The notes: generated from the sequence alone by a model not told the origin. Shown: positions 44,322 through 55,144, numbered from the stretch's first letter. The stretch: DNA of 64,000 nt from an uncultured Nitrososphaerales archaeon (GCA_963695855.1 CAVOHZ010000008.1:537343-601342), one strand, 5' to 3'. Numbers and translations: made by a program.

Positions 44322-45854
44322 TTGGATAAAATAATTATATTGGATTTTGGTTCACAATACAGCCATCTTATTTGTAGGCGAATTAGAGAAGCAAATGTTT
44401 TTTGTGAAATATATCCATATAATATATCATCGGATCAAATAAAAAAGATATCGCCAAAAGGAATAATTTTTTCAGGTGGTCCTGCTAGTGTATATGATCC
44501 TAATTCTCCAAAACCAGATAACAAAGTATTTGATCTGGGTATACCAATTTTGGGGATATGTTATGGACATCAATTGATTGTGGATAATTTCAGAGGCAGA
44601 GTAAAAAGGTCTGAAACGCGAGAATATGGAAAATCAACATTGCAAATAGATGATAAATCCGATCTGTTTAAAAATTTTGATGATAAAATTCAATGTTGGA
44701 TGAGTCATGGTGATGTAGCAGAGCAAATTCCATCTGACTTTAAAGTCTTGGCACACACCGATAATTCTTTCTCTGCAGCAATTGGAAATCACGAAAAGAG
44801 ATTCTATGGATTACAATTTCATCCTGAAGTAAATCATACCGAACATGGTTTAGATATCTTGAAAAATTTCTCAGTTGATATTAGTAAGGCTGAAGCCAAT
44901 TGGACGATTCAAAATTTTATTGATATGACTATTGCAGAAATAAAGAGACAAGTTGGTAACGAAAAAGTTCTGTGTGCAGTCAGTGGAGGAATAGACTCTA
45001 CGACTGTAGCAGTCCTTCTAAATCAAGCAATACCTGACAATTTACAATGTATTTTTGTTGATCACGGTCTATTGAGATTGGGGGAGGAAAAATTGGTGAT
45101 GGATCTATTAAATAAACTTGATCTTAATATTAAATTTGTAGATGCATCTGAGAGATTTCTGGAAAAATTAAAGGGTGTAACAGATCCTGAAGAAAAAAGA
45201 AGAATAATAGGGTACGAATTTGTTAATGTCTTTCTTGATGAGGTAAAGAAAGAGACCGAATCCTTTCAATGGTTGGCACAGGGAACGCTTTATCCTGATG
45301 TAATAGAAAGTGGGATTTCTTTAGGTCCGGCCTCTGTCATAAAAACGCATCATAATGTCGGCGGTCTGCCTGATATGCTTCATCTCAAAGTTCTTGAACC
45401 TCTGAGATATCTCTACAAAGATGAGGTAAAGAGGGTAGCCAAAATGCTAAATGTTCCGGAAGAGCTCCTTAACAGACATCCTTTTCCAGGACCTGGACTT
45501 GCAGTTAGGATCATTGGAGAGGTAACTGCAGATAAGATTAGAATTTCAAAACATGCTAGTGATATTGTCGAACGGGAATTAAAAAATGCTAGGATTTATG
45601 ATTCAGTCTGGCAAGCATATGCAGCAGTTGGTGACGATAGGGCAGTAGGTGTAGTAGGGGACGAAAGGCTTTATGGACACATTGTTATTATTCGTGTTGT
45701 GAATTCGGTTGATGCTATGACTGCAGATTGGACAAAATTATCATACGACCTGCTTGAAAAAATGAGTAACAGGATTACAAATGAAGTTGAAGGTGTTTCT
45801 TGGGTCACGTATACAATATCCAGCAAACCACCAGCAACCATAGAACCACAATAG
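44322..45854 (+). CDS. guaA: GMP synthase (glutamine-hydrolysing)
   Basis: LDFGSQY, GICYGHQ, QFHPEV, SGGIDS, QGTLYPDVIES, RHPFPGPGL, KPPATIE. Confidence 0.98.
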   Translation: MDKIIILDFGSQYSHLICRRIREANVFCEIYPYNISSDQIKKISPKGIIFSGGPASVYDPNSPKPDNKVFDLGIPILGICYGHQLIVDNFRGRVKRSETREYGKSTLQIDDKSDLFKNFDDKIQCWMSHGDVAEQIPSDFKVLAHTDNSFSAAIGNHEKRFYGLQFHPEVNHTEHGLDILKNFSVDISKAEANWTIQNFIDMTIAEIKRQVGNEKVLCAVSGGIDSTTVAVLLNQAIPDNLQCIFVDHGLLRLGEEKLVMDLLNKLDLNIKFVDASERFLEKLKGVTDPEEKRRIIGYEFVNVFLDEVKKETESFQWLAQGTLYPDVIESGISLGPASVIKTHHNVGGLPDMLHLKVLEPLRYLYKDEVKRVAKMLNVPEELLNRHPFPGPGLAVRIIGEVTADKIRISKHASDIVERELKNARIYDSVWQAYAAVGDDRAVGVVGDERLYGHIVIIRVVNSVDAMTADWTKLSYDLLEKMSNRITNEVEGVSWVTYTISSKPPATIEPQ

Positions 45855-46031
45855 GTTGTAGCAATGATCGAAATAACAATATTAATAATTTTGGTTAAGA
45901 ATATGTCCTAATATTGAATATGTATCAAGTTTTTTGAAAATATAAATTGTATTGTATGTTGTTATCTTTGTCTTAAAATAGAGTTTTATTATCCATTATA
46001 AGTGTAATTTTTTGTGCATCCAAAAGGCAAA

Positions 46032-46218
46032 GTCAAAAAAACAAAATCCATCATAACAAGAATTGAAACGTTAAATCTACCAAAATATCTTGTAAGTTTG
46101 AAAAGTCAACAAAAAACAAAATCCATCATAACAAGGATTGAAACAACCCTTTGAATGGATCCTCAGTCTTGAATAACTCTTGTCAACAAACAAAATTCAT
46201 CATAACAAGAATTGAAAC
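46032..46218 (+). CRISPR. CRISPR array 2, block A: 3 repeats of 37-40 bp
   Basis: GTCAA(C)AAACAAAATCCATCATAACAAG(A/G)ATTGAAAC at 46032-46069, 46105-46144 and 46182-46218; spacers of 35 and 37 bp, then a 37-bp spacer leading into block B. Confidence 0.88.
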
Positions 46219-46255
46219 TTGATACCGGCACGGTAATAGAGGCGATGTCGTCGAC

Positions 46256-46836
46256 CTTAGAAAGTGACTAAAATAGGTTTGAAACTGTAATTTCGTGCCA
46301 CAATTGACGCAAAAAGATGTGCTTAGAAATTGACTAAAATAGGTTTGAAACTAGAGACGTCCCCGCGAAACGAGAACATCGGGATTCTTAGCTTAGAAAT
46401 TGACTAAAATAGGTTTGAAACAAGCTTTGTTCTAGTTGTTGCATTATTGTTTTTGCTACCTTAGAAATTGACTAAATTAGGTTTGAAACGTTTTCTCGTT
46501 TCTTGTTTATCGTTAAAGGGTGCAATAACATAGAAATTGACTAAATTAGGTTTGAAACGTTTTCTCGTTTCTTGTTTATCGTTAAAGGGTGCAATAACAT
46601 AGAAATTGACTAAAATAGGTTTGAAACATTGCTGGAACAAATCAGACCGGAACAATTACTACGACGGCTTAGAAATTGACTAAAATAGGTTTGAAACGTT
46701 TTCTCGTTTCTTGTTTATCGTTAAAGGGTGCAATAACTTAGAAATTGACTAAAATAGGTTTGAAACATTGCTGGAACAAATCAGACCGGAACAATTACTA
46801 CGACGGCTTAGAAATTGACTAAAATAGGTTTGAAAC
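46256..46836 (+). CRISPR. CRISPR array 2, block B: 9 repeats of 30 bp, 8 spacers (5 distinct)
   Basis: CTTAGAAATTGACTAAAATAGGTTTGAAAC at 46256, 46322, 46392, 46460, 46529, 46598, 46668, 46737 and 46807; reverse complement of the array 1 repeat. Confidence 0.97.
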
Positions 46837-46937
46837 AAGAAGTGAAAAAAGGTAATTTACCCTTTTAGACGTATGAAAAAACATCGGTTTTTTTAAAAAT
46901 GTTCCTGTTTTAAATCAAAGTAATCATCAAACCTTAA

Positions 46938-46970
46938 GTCAAAAAAAATCTCTCATAATAACCATTGAAC
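46938..46970 (+). CRISPR. Degenerate A-type repeat (possible trailer)
   Basis: GTCAAAAAAAATCTCTCATAATAACCATTGAAC aligns end to end with the block A repeat. Confidence 0.5.
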
Positions 46971-47439
46971 ATATATAAACAGAATTATTAGTACTGCCAA
47001 AGATGTCAAATAAAAAAAAGTTTGTTCTTGCCGAGTGAATATTTATTTTACATTTTCCTACTTTAAATAATTTTACTTATCTTTATTTTGAGTATAGAAA
47101 TTAATATTGTTTTTCATTATCTTAAAACCTTTAATTTATCATCAATCAGAATATCAATTTCCTTAAAGAATTTCGTCAACAGTCAACATATAGTTCAGTC
47201 ATTTGTAATGAATAGCATCCATTTCATTTTTTTATATGATGAATATTTTTTTGGAATACAATTTGACTTGTAAAGAAGGTACAAATATAATCAAATTATA
47301 TCGCTTTATAGCTGATATTGTATCCGATATTGGAAATTATCTAACCAATGGTAATATTTCGGCGTAATCAAATACTATGAAATTTCTTAAAGAAAATGTA
47401 GATATAGTCTAATTACATATATCTACTAAATACTGATAC

Positions 47440-48222
47440 CTATACTTCTTGAATTGTAGGTCTTATGAGGATCTCATTTACGTTTACATATGATGGAGAT
47501 TCTAATGCAAATAGAATAGCGTTAGCTATGTCTTCAGCTTTGAGAGATTCCATCTTTTTTGATTTTTCAACAAATCCTTCTAATGACTTATCGGTGATTG
47601 TGTTTGTCAATTCAGTTGAAACTACCCCTGGCTCTATTGATGTTACCCTTATGTTATATCTAGGACTAAACTCTTGTCTCAATCCTTCGCTAAATGCAGC
47701 GACAGCATGCTTTGTTGCACAATAAACACTTGCTGATGGAAAAACTATTCTTCCTGCCACAGAAGAAATATTCACTATATGGCCGGATTTTTTATTTATC
47801 ATTTCTTGAATTACTGCAGCAGTACAATATAAGACACCCCTGATGTTAACATCAATCATTTGATCCCACTCACTAACTTTTAGATTTTTAAAGAAACTAA
47901 GCGGCATAATACCAGCGTTGTTGATTAGGATATCTACTGTTTTCCAAGATTTTATAACTGCATCAACAAATGAATCGCACTGTTCTTTTTTTGTAACATC
48001 TAACTTGTGAATCAAAACCTCTCCACCATTTGACGTAATCTGTTTTTTTAATGATTCTAGTCTATCAATTCTTCTAGCTCCCAATGCTACTTTCGCACCG
48101 GCTTTAGATAATGCCAAGGCAGTTGCATAACCTATTCCACTACTAGCTCCTGTAATTAAGGCTATCTTGTCTTTTAACATTATTAATGTATCAGAATAGC
48201 AAACGCGTTTAAATTTTGTCAT
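47440..48222 (-). CDS. SDR family oxidoreductase
   Basis: TGASSGIG, NNAG, YCATK; probable start at 48180. Confidence 0.95.
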   Translation of the reverse strand: MTKFKRVCYSDTLIMLKDKIALITGASSGIGYATALALSKAGAKVALGARRIDRLESLKKQITSNGGEVLIHKLDVTKKEQCDSFVDAVIKSWKTVDILINNAGIMPLSFFKNLKVSEWDQMIDVNIRGVLYCTAAVIQEMINKKSGHIVNISSVAGRIVFPSASVYCATKHAVAAFSEGLRQEFSPRYNIRVTSIEPGVVSTELTNTITDKSLEGFVEKSKKMESLKAEDIANAILFALESPSYVNVNEILIRPTIQEV

Positions 48223-48297
48223 TTTTTAATAAAAAATAAAATTTTCTCTAGTTGCAACAGAACAAATAATTTTTTTGATTTATAATAAATATACTAA

Positions 48298-48805
48298 GAG
48301 CCTATCCCAAAAATAGATAGGAATATAGCTCCTTTGTTTCTTATCATATCTGATAATGTTTAAGAGTGAAAAATATATTAGAACTATTACATGTATTCCA
48401 GATGATCTATGGAATGAAATTAAAAATATTTTAACTGATGCCAAACCAAATATACAATAGGTCGTCCAATTGTTCCATACAGAAAAGTATTTGATGGTAT
48501 CATGTTTATACTAAGAACTGGATGTCAATGGAAAATGTTACCCAAAGAATATGGTTCTGGTTCAACATGTCATAGAAGATTTCAAGAATGGGTACAATCA
48601 GATATATTTGATAAATTATGGAGCAGATTATTAAAATTATATGATTTAAAGAATAGAATAAAATGGAACTAGCAGTCACTTGATAACATCTCTATAAAAT
48701 CACCTTTAGGGAGGCGATGACAGGTCATAATCCTACTGCTAATAGAAGTAAATTAGGTAGTAAAAGACATATTTTAACAGATAAAGATGGCATTGCCCTT
48801 TCAAC
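48298..48805 (+). mobile_element. Truncated IS5-family copy (same family as 3304/22022)
   Basis: TIR GAGCCTATCCCAAAAATAGATAGGAATATAGCTC plus the 5' half of the transposase; 3' half missing. Confidence 0.88.
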
Positions 48806-48935
48806 TTTTATAATAAAGCTGAGAAACCTAAATCTGTATCATAAATATCTGTTTCCCTTCATGAAAATTGTGTTAATTTCCAGTTATTCAATTTAAAAAA
48901 TTAGATTTATAAATTATATTAAAACTTTCGATATT

Positions 48936-50087
48936 ATGAACTGCAGAAAAAATTATGTTACTATCATATTTGTAATTTTCTCAATTTCTATATCATTTTC
49001 CATACTATTTCATTGGAGTTTTCTACCAATCTACAGCTTACAGGATAATGAAAATCAGGGAATCTTAACTATAACGTTATCTTCTATTAACGGCTCCCTT
49101 CTATCAAACGGAACATTTCTGATTGCTCCAGATCCTATTCTGAAAAATCAACCGTTTCTGATAGCAGATAACGATCTTAGAGATGTAGATAAATCTCAAG
49201 GTACTATTTCAATAACAAATCTTCCAAATGGTAATTATACTGTCACTCAGGGCGGAACTGCAAGTGGTTTTCTCCCCAATACTATTCCCAAAATAGTGAC
49301 AATCGATAATAAAACCAGCCAAATTTCTACCACATCATTTGTAAATATAGTTCAAGAAACAGATGAAAAATATCAATATGAAAATTACAGTTCCGGCTAT
49401 ACATACAATGCTAAATTTGTATGTGGGTCAATTAGAGGCGATGAAGGTCCACTAAGACCAGGTCACTATGACACTGATATTAGTATTTATAATAAACAGA
49501 AATATCCTATCAACATTTCCTGGAACGTTGTATTCAATAACGGTGATTCTACCAATTCTCTTTTAAAGAAATTAGGACCTGAAAGTTCTCTAGCCTTTGT
49601 TTGCAAAGATATCAAAGAATTGAGCAATTCTAACTCATATGATACTGATTTCCTAGAGGGTTTCGTGATAATTGGGGTAGAGGGTATCAGTGATACTTTC
49701 GACCCTTTGGGAAAGGTTATTTCAAGGTCTGATTTCCAAAAAGACGACAAGACAGAACCAGTTTCCATCCAAGTATTTTACACCGCTAATGCTCTAGACT
49801 CTCTTCCTCACGAGATATTAATTGATCAAATCGTTTTTCAGGTTTTAGAAGATCCATCTGGTAAAATACCTGAATCTCTTTTAAAAACCGACCTAGCAAT
49901 TTCTACAAGATCAGAATTAAATACAATATCTGATGAAAGTTTAAAAATCAAATCTCTTGTGGCATCTAAATATAACCTAACTGAATCGGATCTTGCTGAA
50001 TTATCTATATCTATAAAGGATACAGATATTGGCGTCGCCAGCATGCTCGATGATCATGCCATATCCCTATTTAGACTAGTTCCTTGA
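48936..50087 (+). CDS. Secreted or membrane-anchored protein with prealbumin-like domain
   Basis: N-terminal TM; GNYTVTQ; YNAKFVCG..PGHYDTDISIYN. Confidence 0.75.
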   Translation: MNCRKNYVTIIFVIFSISISFSILFHWSFLPIYSLQDNENQGILTITLSSINGSLLSNGTFLIAPDPILKNQPFLIADNDLRDVDKSQGTISITNLPNGNYTVTQGGTASGFLPNTIPKIVTIDNKTSQISTTSFVNIVQETDEKYQYENYSSGYTYNAKFVCGSIRGDEGPLRPGHYDTDISIYNKQKYPINISWNVVFNNGDSTNSLLKKLGPESSLAFVCKDIKELSNSNSYDTDFLEGFVIIGVEGISDTFDPLGKVISRSDFQKDDKTEPVSIQVFYTANALDSLPHEILIDQIVFQVLEDPSGKIPESLLKTDLAISTRSELNTISDESLKIKSLVASKYNLTESDLAELSISIKDTDIGVASMLDDHAISLFRLVP

Positions 50088-50324
50088 TCATCAAAAAAAA
50101 AAATAAAACAAAATAAAATAAAACAAGAAAAGAATTAATCAATCGTACTGACACAAGTATTCTTTATAACTTAGATCTCTGATTGTCCTGCTGACAATGA
50201 TATACAACAGTTTATCATGTAACAACACTGTAAGTATTTTTTTTCCTATGAAGTTTTGATGACTAAAAACTAAAGAAAAACTATTTTATTCATTTAAAAT
50301 ACTATCTTTATTTTATTTTCCAAT

Positions 50325-51470
50325 TTGAAATTAAGTGTTGTAATAACGTCAGTCATCTTGGCGATCACGTTCACGATCGTAGGAAATGTTTCACTAGTTT
50401 ACGGAGAATGGAAAATCCCTATAGAAATAAAAACAAAACAATTTACCACCTTCGAAAATGAATTATTAAAAATTGATTATCCTGTTAATTGGAATATTAC
50501 TGAAGAAAAAGATTCGATAATCCTTCATCCAAAGAAAGATTCTTCTGATCATTTAAAAATAACCGCAATTAGCTTTCCAAGCAGATTAGTTACGCTCAAA
50601 TCGATTGTTGATTCAACACTGGACCAATTTGCAAAGAACCTAACTGAATTTAATTTACTTGAATCAAACAATTTTCCCAATATCAAAAGTGACAACCATA
50701 AACTTGTCTATTCATATCTAGATAACAACAATGCAAAAATAAAACAGGCAGATATAGGTATAGTTCAAGGAGATAAATTATTTGTACTTTCTTTAATTTC
50801 AAGTCCTAATAATTACTATAGCTATTTGCCAGATTTTGAAAGAATGATTGCATCATTTAACTATTACAATGAGCAAAGGATGTTAAATCAGTATTCCTCC
50901 CAGTTGGTTTCTCCCATTGCCAACTTTGTACCAATTCTTGGAAATTCTAGCTCTAATGTTACTATAGTAGAATTTGGAGATTATCAGTGTACATTTTGCG
51001 CTAAATTTCATAACGAGACTAGAAATCAGGTTTTGTCTGATTTTGTAGATACAGGAAAGATAAAATTCTTGTTCAAGGATTTTATAGTGAATGATAGCAC
51101 AAACGAGACAAGTTCTTCCTTTGCTGCAGAGGCATCGTATTGTGCAGCAGAACAGGGAAAATACTGGGACTACCATTCTGAACTTTATGATAATTGGGCA
51201 GGAGAACGTACAGGTTGGATAACCCCAGAGAGTTTAAAGAAATTTGCAATAAATGTTAAACTGCCAAGCATTGAACAGTTTTCAGAATGCCTTAATTCTC
51301 ACAAATACACAAATCTAGTACAGTTAAACGATAATATCGCTAGGAACTTGGGATTAACCGGAACTCCTTCCTTCGTATTATTAAAGAATAATGAAATTCA
51401 GTCAATAGTACCAGGAGCCTTACCTTATGAAATATTCAAACAGACACTAAACATTCTAACATCACGTTAA
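50325..51470 (+). CDS. PsbP-like plus DsbA/thioredoxin-domain protein
   Basis: KIDYPVNW; LGN..VTIVEFGDYQCTFC; AAEASYCAAEQGKYW; GTPSF. Confidence 0.9.
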   Translation: MKLSVVITSVILAITFTIVGNVSLVYGEWKIPIEIKTKQFTTFENELLKIDYPVNWNITEEKDSIILHPKKDSSDHLKITAISFPSRLVTLKSIVDSTLDQFAKNLTEFNLLESNNFPNIKSDNHKLVYSYLDNNNAKIKQADIGIVQGDKLFVLSLISSPNNYYSYLPDFERMIASFNYYNEQRMLNQYSSQLVSPIANFVPILGNSSSNVTIVEFGDYQCTFCAKFHNETRNQVLSDFVDTGKIKFLFKDFIVNDSTNETSSSFAAEASYCAAEQGKYWDYHSELYDNWAGERTGWITPESLKKFAINVKLPSIEQFSECLNSHKYTNLVQLNDNIARNLGLTGTPSFVLLKNNEIQSIVPGALPYEIFKQTLNILTSR

Positions 51471-51580
51471 TTTCTTCCATTCTTTTTTGTTTATTTTGGA
51501 ACAATAACTTATCTTCCTATTATCTGTGTCGTCGGTTCATATTGATAAGATATAAATGACTTGTTAACATCTAAAATCTG

Positions 51581-53260
51581 ATGAGACTCTATAATCGTTA
51601 TTTCTCCGATGCCGATGCATTTTATCTCGGTTCTATTCCATTGATACTGTTTTTCTTTGCAATAGCACTGTCCTCATTATTAGATGATAATTCAGATTTT
51701 TCCAAAATCCTTGATTCCTCCTCTATTTCATCTATCATATATCAACCTGTCTTGGCACAACCGATGGAACTTTCAAAACAACAGGCAATTGAAACATACC
51801 AAACCCAGTTTTGTGGATTGAGTACTGTTCCCAATTCAAACCAATATGTACAAGAAATTAAATTAAATAACAAATGTGAAATGCCACTGGCCATTACTGC
51901 TGACGAAGATGGAATCTGGTATGTTTCTACGAAATTGGGATCTTTAATATTGTATAACAATAATGACAATTCCTTTGTCAAATATGATATCCCCACTTGG
52001 GGATCAAGAGATAAGCCAATAGATAATTCCAATGTATGGGATATCAAAAATGACCCTAGCGGGGCGACCCTTTGGTTTACAGATGAAAAACAGAACCTTA
52101 TCTGGAAATTCAACAAAGATAGTAAAACCTTTGAAAATTTTAAGATTCCAGCAAAGGATGTGGTTTTTGGAACAATTTATCCAGTTTCTCTAGATTTCGA
52201 TAATAAAGGTCATATCTATTTCGTTGGAATCAGATCTCCGACTCTCTGGATTGGTAACATAAATGAGATGAAAGGAGGCACTTCAAATGGAATTAGTAGT
52301 GTTCCACTTCCTACAGAGATTTTTGGTGATATTGATAAAGTACTTATCAGTACGGGTTCGCTTCTTGTGGATAAAGAGAAAAATGACGTCTGGATTTCTA
52401 TGCTAGCTTTTGGTTACAAAGGTCAAATTTTAAAATATAATATTGATGATAAAACAATTAAAAAATACGATATCGGAGATCTTCCGTCGCCTGTTGCAAT
52501 GGCATTCGATGAGGAGGGCAATATCTGGGGAACAGACCATGGAACCAGCATATTTTTTAAACTTGATCCCGTTAACGCCTCCCTGACCAAGTTTGTGACA
52601 TCTCCCTCTTCTATGAAAATCACAGGAGGGGTAAAAATGAAAGGAAACATTTATACTTTGCCTTATTGGATAAAAGCAGGCTCTAACAATTCACTCATTT
52701 TTAACGAACATACTGGAAACAAAATCGCAAAATTCTTTCCCGATTCTCTAACCTTGATTGAATATTGGATTCCAAGTCAAAATAAATACTTTTCAAGATG
52801 TCCGATCGATTCTCCTCCTGATACGTGTGGAATAGGAAATGTTTTACAATTTACTCCAGAATATAATAATAACGAAACAATCTGGTTTACAGAGTGGTCA
52901 GAGAATAAGATCGGAAAGCTAAATACTGCTCTTCCACTTCCATTTTCAGTTTCTGCTCTATCTGACGATTTTACGGTCACACAGGGTAACAGCATTGAAA
53001 TAAAGATGGATATCAATGCACATAAAGATATAACTTTAAATCCAATATCGTCTTCTACCTTTACGCCCACAGGTGATCTAGGAACGTCTTACGGAATTTT
53101 CAGTGAGAACAAAATTAATCTGAAGTCAGGAGACTCAAAAGAACTCTCTTACGTCCTGACAGTTTCAAATGATGTACCTATTGGAGACTATATACTCATG
53201 GTAGGAGCTGAAGACGATTCTATCTCAATTTCAAAAGCGATCTTTATCAAAGTAACCTAA
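51581..53260 (+). CDS. Vgb-lyase-like beta-propeller surface protein
   Basis: Repeats LWFTDE, IWGTDH, IFNEHTGNKI, IWFTEWSENKIG; C-terminal Ig-like domain. Confidence 0.85.
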   Translation: MRLYNRYFSDADAFYLGSIPLILFFFAIALSSLLDDNSDFSKILDSSSISSIIYQPVLAQPMELSKQQAIETYQTQFCGLSTVPNSNQYVQEIKLNNKCEMPLAITADEDGIWYVSTKLGSLILYNNNDNSFVKYDIPTWGSRDKPIDNSNVWDIKNDPSGATLWFTDEKQNLIWKFNKDSKTFENFKIPAKDVVFGTIYPVSLDFDNKGHIYFVGIRSPTLWIGNINEMKGGTSNGISSVPLPTEIFGDIDKVLISTGSLLVDKEKNDVWISMLAFGYKGQILKYNIDDKTIKKYDIGDLPSPVAMAFDEEGNIWGTDHGTSIFFKLDPVNASLTKFVTSPSSMKITGGVKMKGNIYTLPYWIKAGSNNSLIFNEHTGNKIAKFFPDSLTLIEYWIPSQNKYFSRCPIDSPPDTCGIGNVLQFTPEYNNNETIWFTEWSENKIGKLNTALPLPFSVSALSDDFTVTQGNSIEIKMDINAHKDITLNPISSSTFTPTGDLGTSYGIFSENKINLKSGDSKELSYVLTVSNDVPIGDYILMVGAEDDSISISKAIFIKVT

Positions 53261-53437
53261 TCTAACTGTTGTACTTGTACACATCTTTATCAATCCTAAC
53301 TGTTGTACTTGTATACAGGTTAATTTTATTTTCTGAAAAAGGTAGCACTTTTAGACAATCCTATATAATATAATATAAATGAAAAATACATGCTCAACAG
53401 TATTAACATTAATATCATTTAAAGAAGTAGAAACTTT

Positions 53438-53995
53438 ATGTCTTCAACTAAAAAAGATGATGTAAAAGAAAATACAAACCGAACTAAAGAATCCACAGAG
53501 AGATATATGGAACAGCAAATACAACAATATAAGGATACAGCATCCAATCTATCTCAAACTACAGAAAAGATTAATGAAAGAGTAAATAAATTTCAAGATG
53601 ATAACAGAAGAATTATTGAAAAGAATGCCGATACTTTTGGAAAATTCCAAGAACAAATCAACAAAACTACACAAGAGATATCCTACAACATTATAGAATT
53701 ACAAAAAAATATCCTTAACATATGTCAATCATCATATTCTCAATTCTTGGACAATATATCCAAATCCTACTGGCAAAATTTCATGATTCCAGGAAGATAT
53801 TCTGAAACATATAATACATTGAACAAAAACATACAAGATAGTACGGTAAATACATCAAATTTCCTAAATGAAATTTTTGTAGGTAGTATTGAGAATCTAA
53901 AGAAATCATTCGACTTCACACAAAGCTATTACAATGATATTGTTAAAAACAACTTTAATTACATGCAAAAATTGGAAAGATCATATAATAGATAA
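53438..53995 (+). CDS. Coiled-coil, phasin-like hypothetical protein
   Basis: Q/N/E-rich helical sequence; ELQKNI..YSQF..W..P.R; similar to 54581-55144. Confidence 0.7.
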   Translation: MSSTKKDDVKENTNRTKESTERYMEQQIQQYKDTASNLSQTTEKINERVNKFQDDNRRIIEKNADTFGKFQEQINKTTQEISYNIIELQKNILNICQSSYSQFLDNISKSYWQNFMIPGRYSETYNTLNKNIQDSTVNTSNFLNEIFVGSIENLKKSFDFTQSYYNDIVKNNFNYMQKLERSYNR

Positions 53996-54042
53996 TCAAA
54001 AATAATCAAAAAATAGATTATTTTTTTTCATTTTCTTTTTAA

Positions 54043-54363
54043 TCAATCATGAAATGTTTCTGACGTCTTTATCTTATCAAAATTCTTAATTAAATACTCT
54101 CTAATCATAAATAATCTTTCGATAAATTGATAGAGATTGTTTGCCCTGTAGATTATATGCTTGTCACCTTCTTCTGATTCATATACATTTAACTCAAATC
54201 CATCTTTTCTGAAAGTATCAAAGAAAAATTTCTTATTCGTGATTTCTTCAAACAGCCTTAATTCATAATTTATATAATTGACAAAATGTTGCGGAAGTAC
54301 ATCGTAATGACCATCGATATCGTTAAAATTATTACTCATTGGAGCTTTTTGTAGTATCCGCAT
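54043..54363 (-). CDS. Hypothetical protein
   Basis: 106-aa ORF with normal composition. Confidence 0.55.
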   Translation of the reverse strand: MRILQKAPMSNNFNDIDGHYDVLPQHFVNYINYELRLFEEITNKKFFFDTFRKDGFELNVYESEEGDKHIIYRANNLYQFIERLFMIREYLIKNFDKIKTSETFHD

Positions 54364-54580
54364 TATTTAATGGATTGGTTTCATTCTGTACTATTGAATC
54401 GTACAGTAGATAAATATTATTTGGTGAACAGCAGTTTAATGACGATGGAAGCATTTCTTTAATTAATGCAAAATCATGTTCAGATATTACAAATTTACCA
54501 ATTTTGCAGCCAATTTAATTTTAGTAGTCAGTATATATTTTTTATATCAATTTTTTTAAGTAAGAACGTCTGTATTTTTC

Positions 54581-55144
54581 GTGTTGTCATCTGAACAAAC
54601 CTTAAATCAGAAAAAATCCATCTCTAAGAAAATAAAAAAGAGTTATAAAAAATACCCAAATAAAGGAAAGAAGAGTAAGCAAGCACAAGAAGAACAACAA
54701 TTACAAATGAAAAAGAAATTCCCAGACCCTATAATTTACGACCCAGACAGCAATCAAAGAAATATACCATTAGCAATAGCAGAGGATACTATTTCCAAAG
54801 ATAAAGTGCAAACTGCTAGAGTTGCTATGAAGATCACAAACGATTATCTAGGTATTCATAAAGATATAATAAATACCTATAGCTCAATATATTTCCAGAC
54901 TTTACAAAATAACTTGAATTTATCTTGGAATGGTATCTCTATCCCTGTAAGACTTGTGAATTCTTCAATTGACATTAACAAGAATATCTATACTAGTTCT
55001 ACTGATACGACAGAAGAGTCATTACAATTGCTAGACAATATTATAAATAAAAACTTGGATACGTTTATCAAATCAATTGAACTTACACATAAATTCTACA
55101 AAGATGTAATCGAGAGTTACCTGAATTCTATTAAAAAGTTATAA
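54581..55144 (+). CDS. Phasin-like hypothetical protein (paralogue)
   Basis: YLGIHKDIINTYSS..W..IP.R..NLDTFIKSIELTHKFY aligns with the C-terminal half of 53438-53995. Confidence 0.65.
   Translation: MLSSEQTLNQKKSISKKIKKSYKKYPNKGKKSKQAQEEQQLQMKKKFPDPIIYDPDSNQRNIPLAIAEDTISKDKVQTARVAMKITNDYLGIHKDIINTYSSIYFQTLQNNLNLSWNGISIPVRLVNSSIDINKNIYTSSTDTTEESLQLLDNIINKNLDTFIKSIELTHKFYKDVIESYLNSIKKL

Noticed and set aside
46461-46655. 64-aa ORF with internal repeats
   Set aside because: Artefact of translating duplicated CRISPR units
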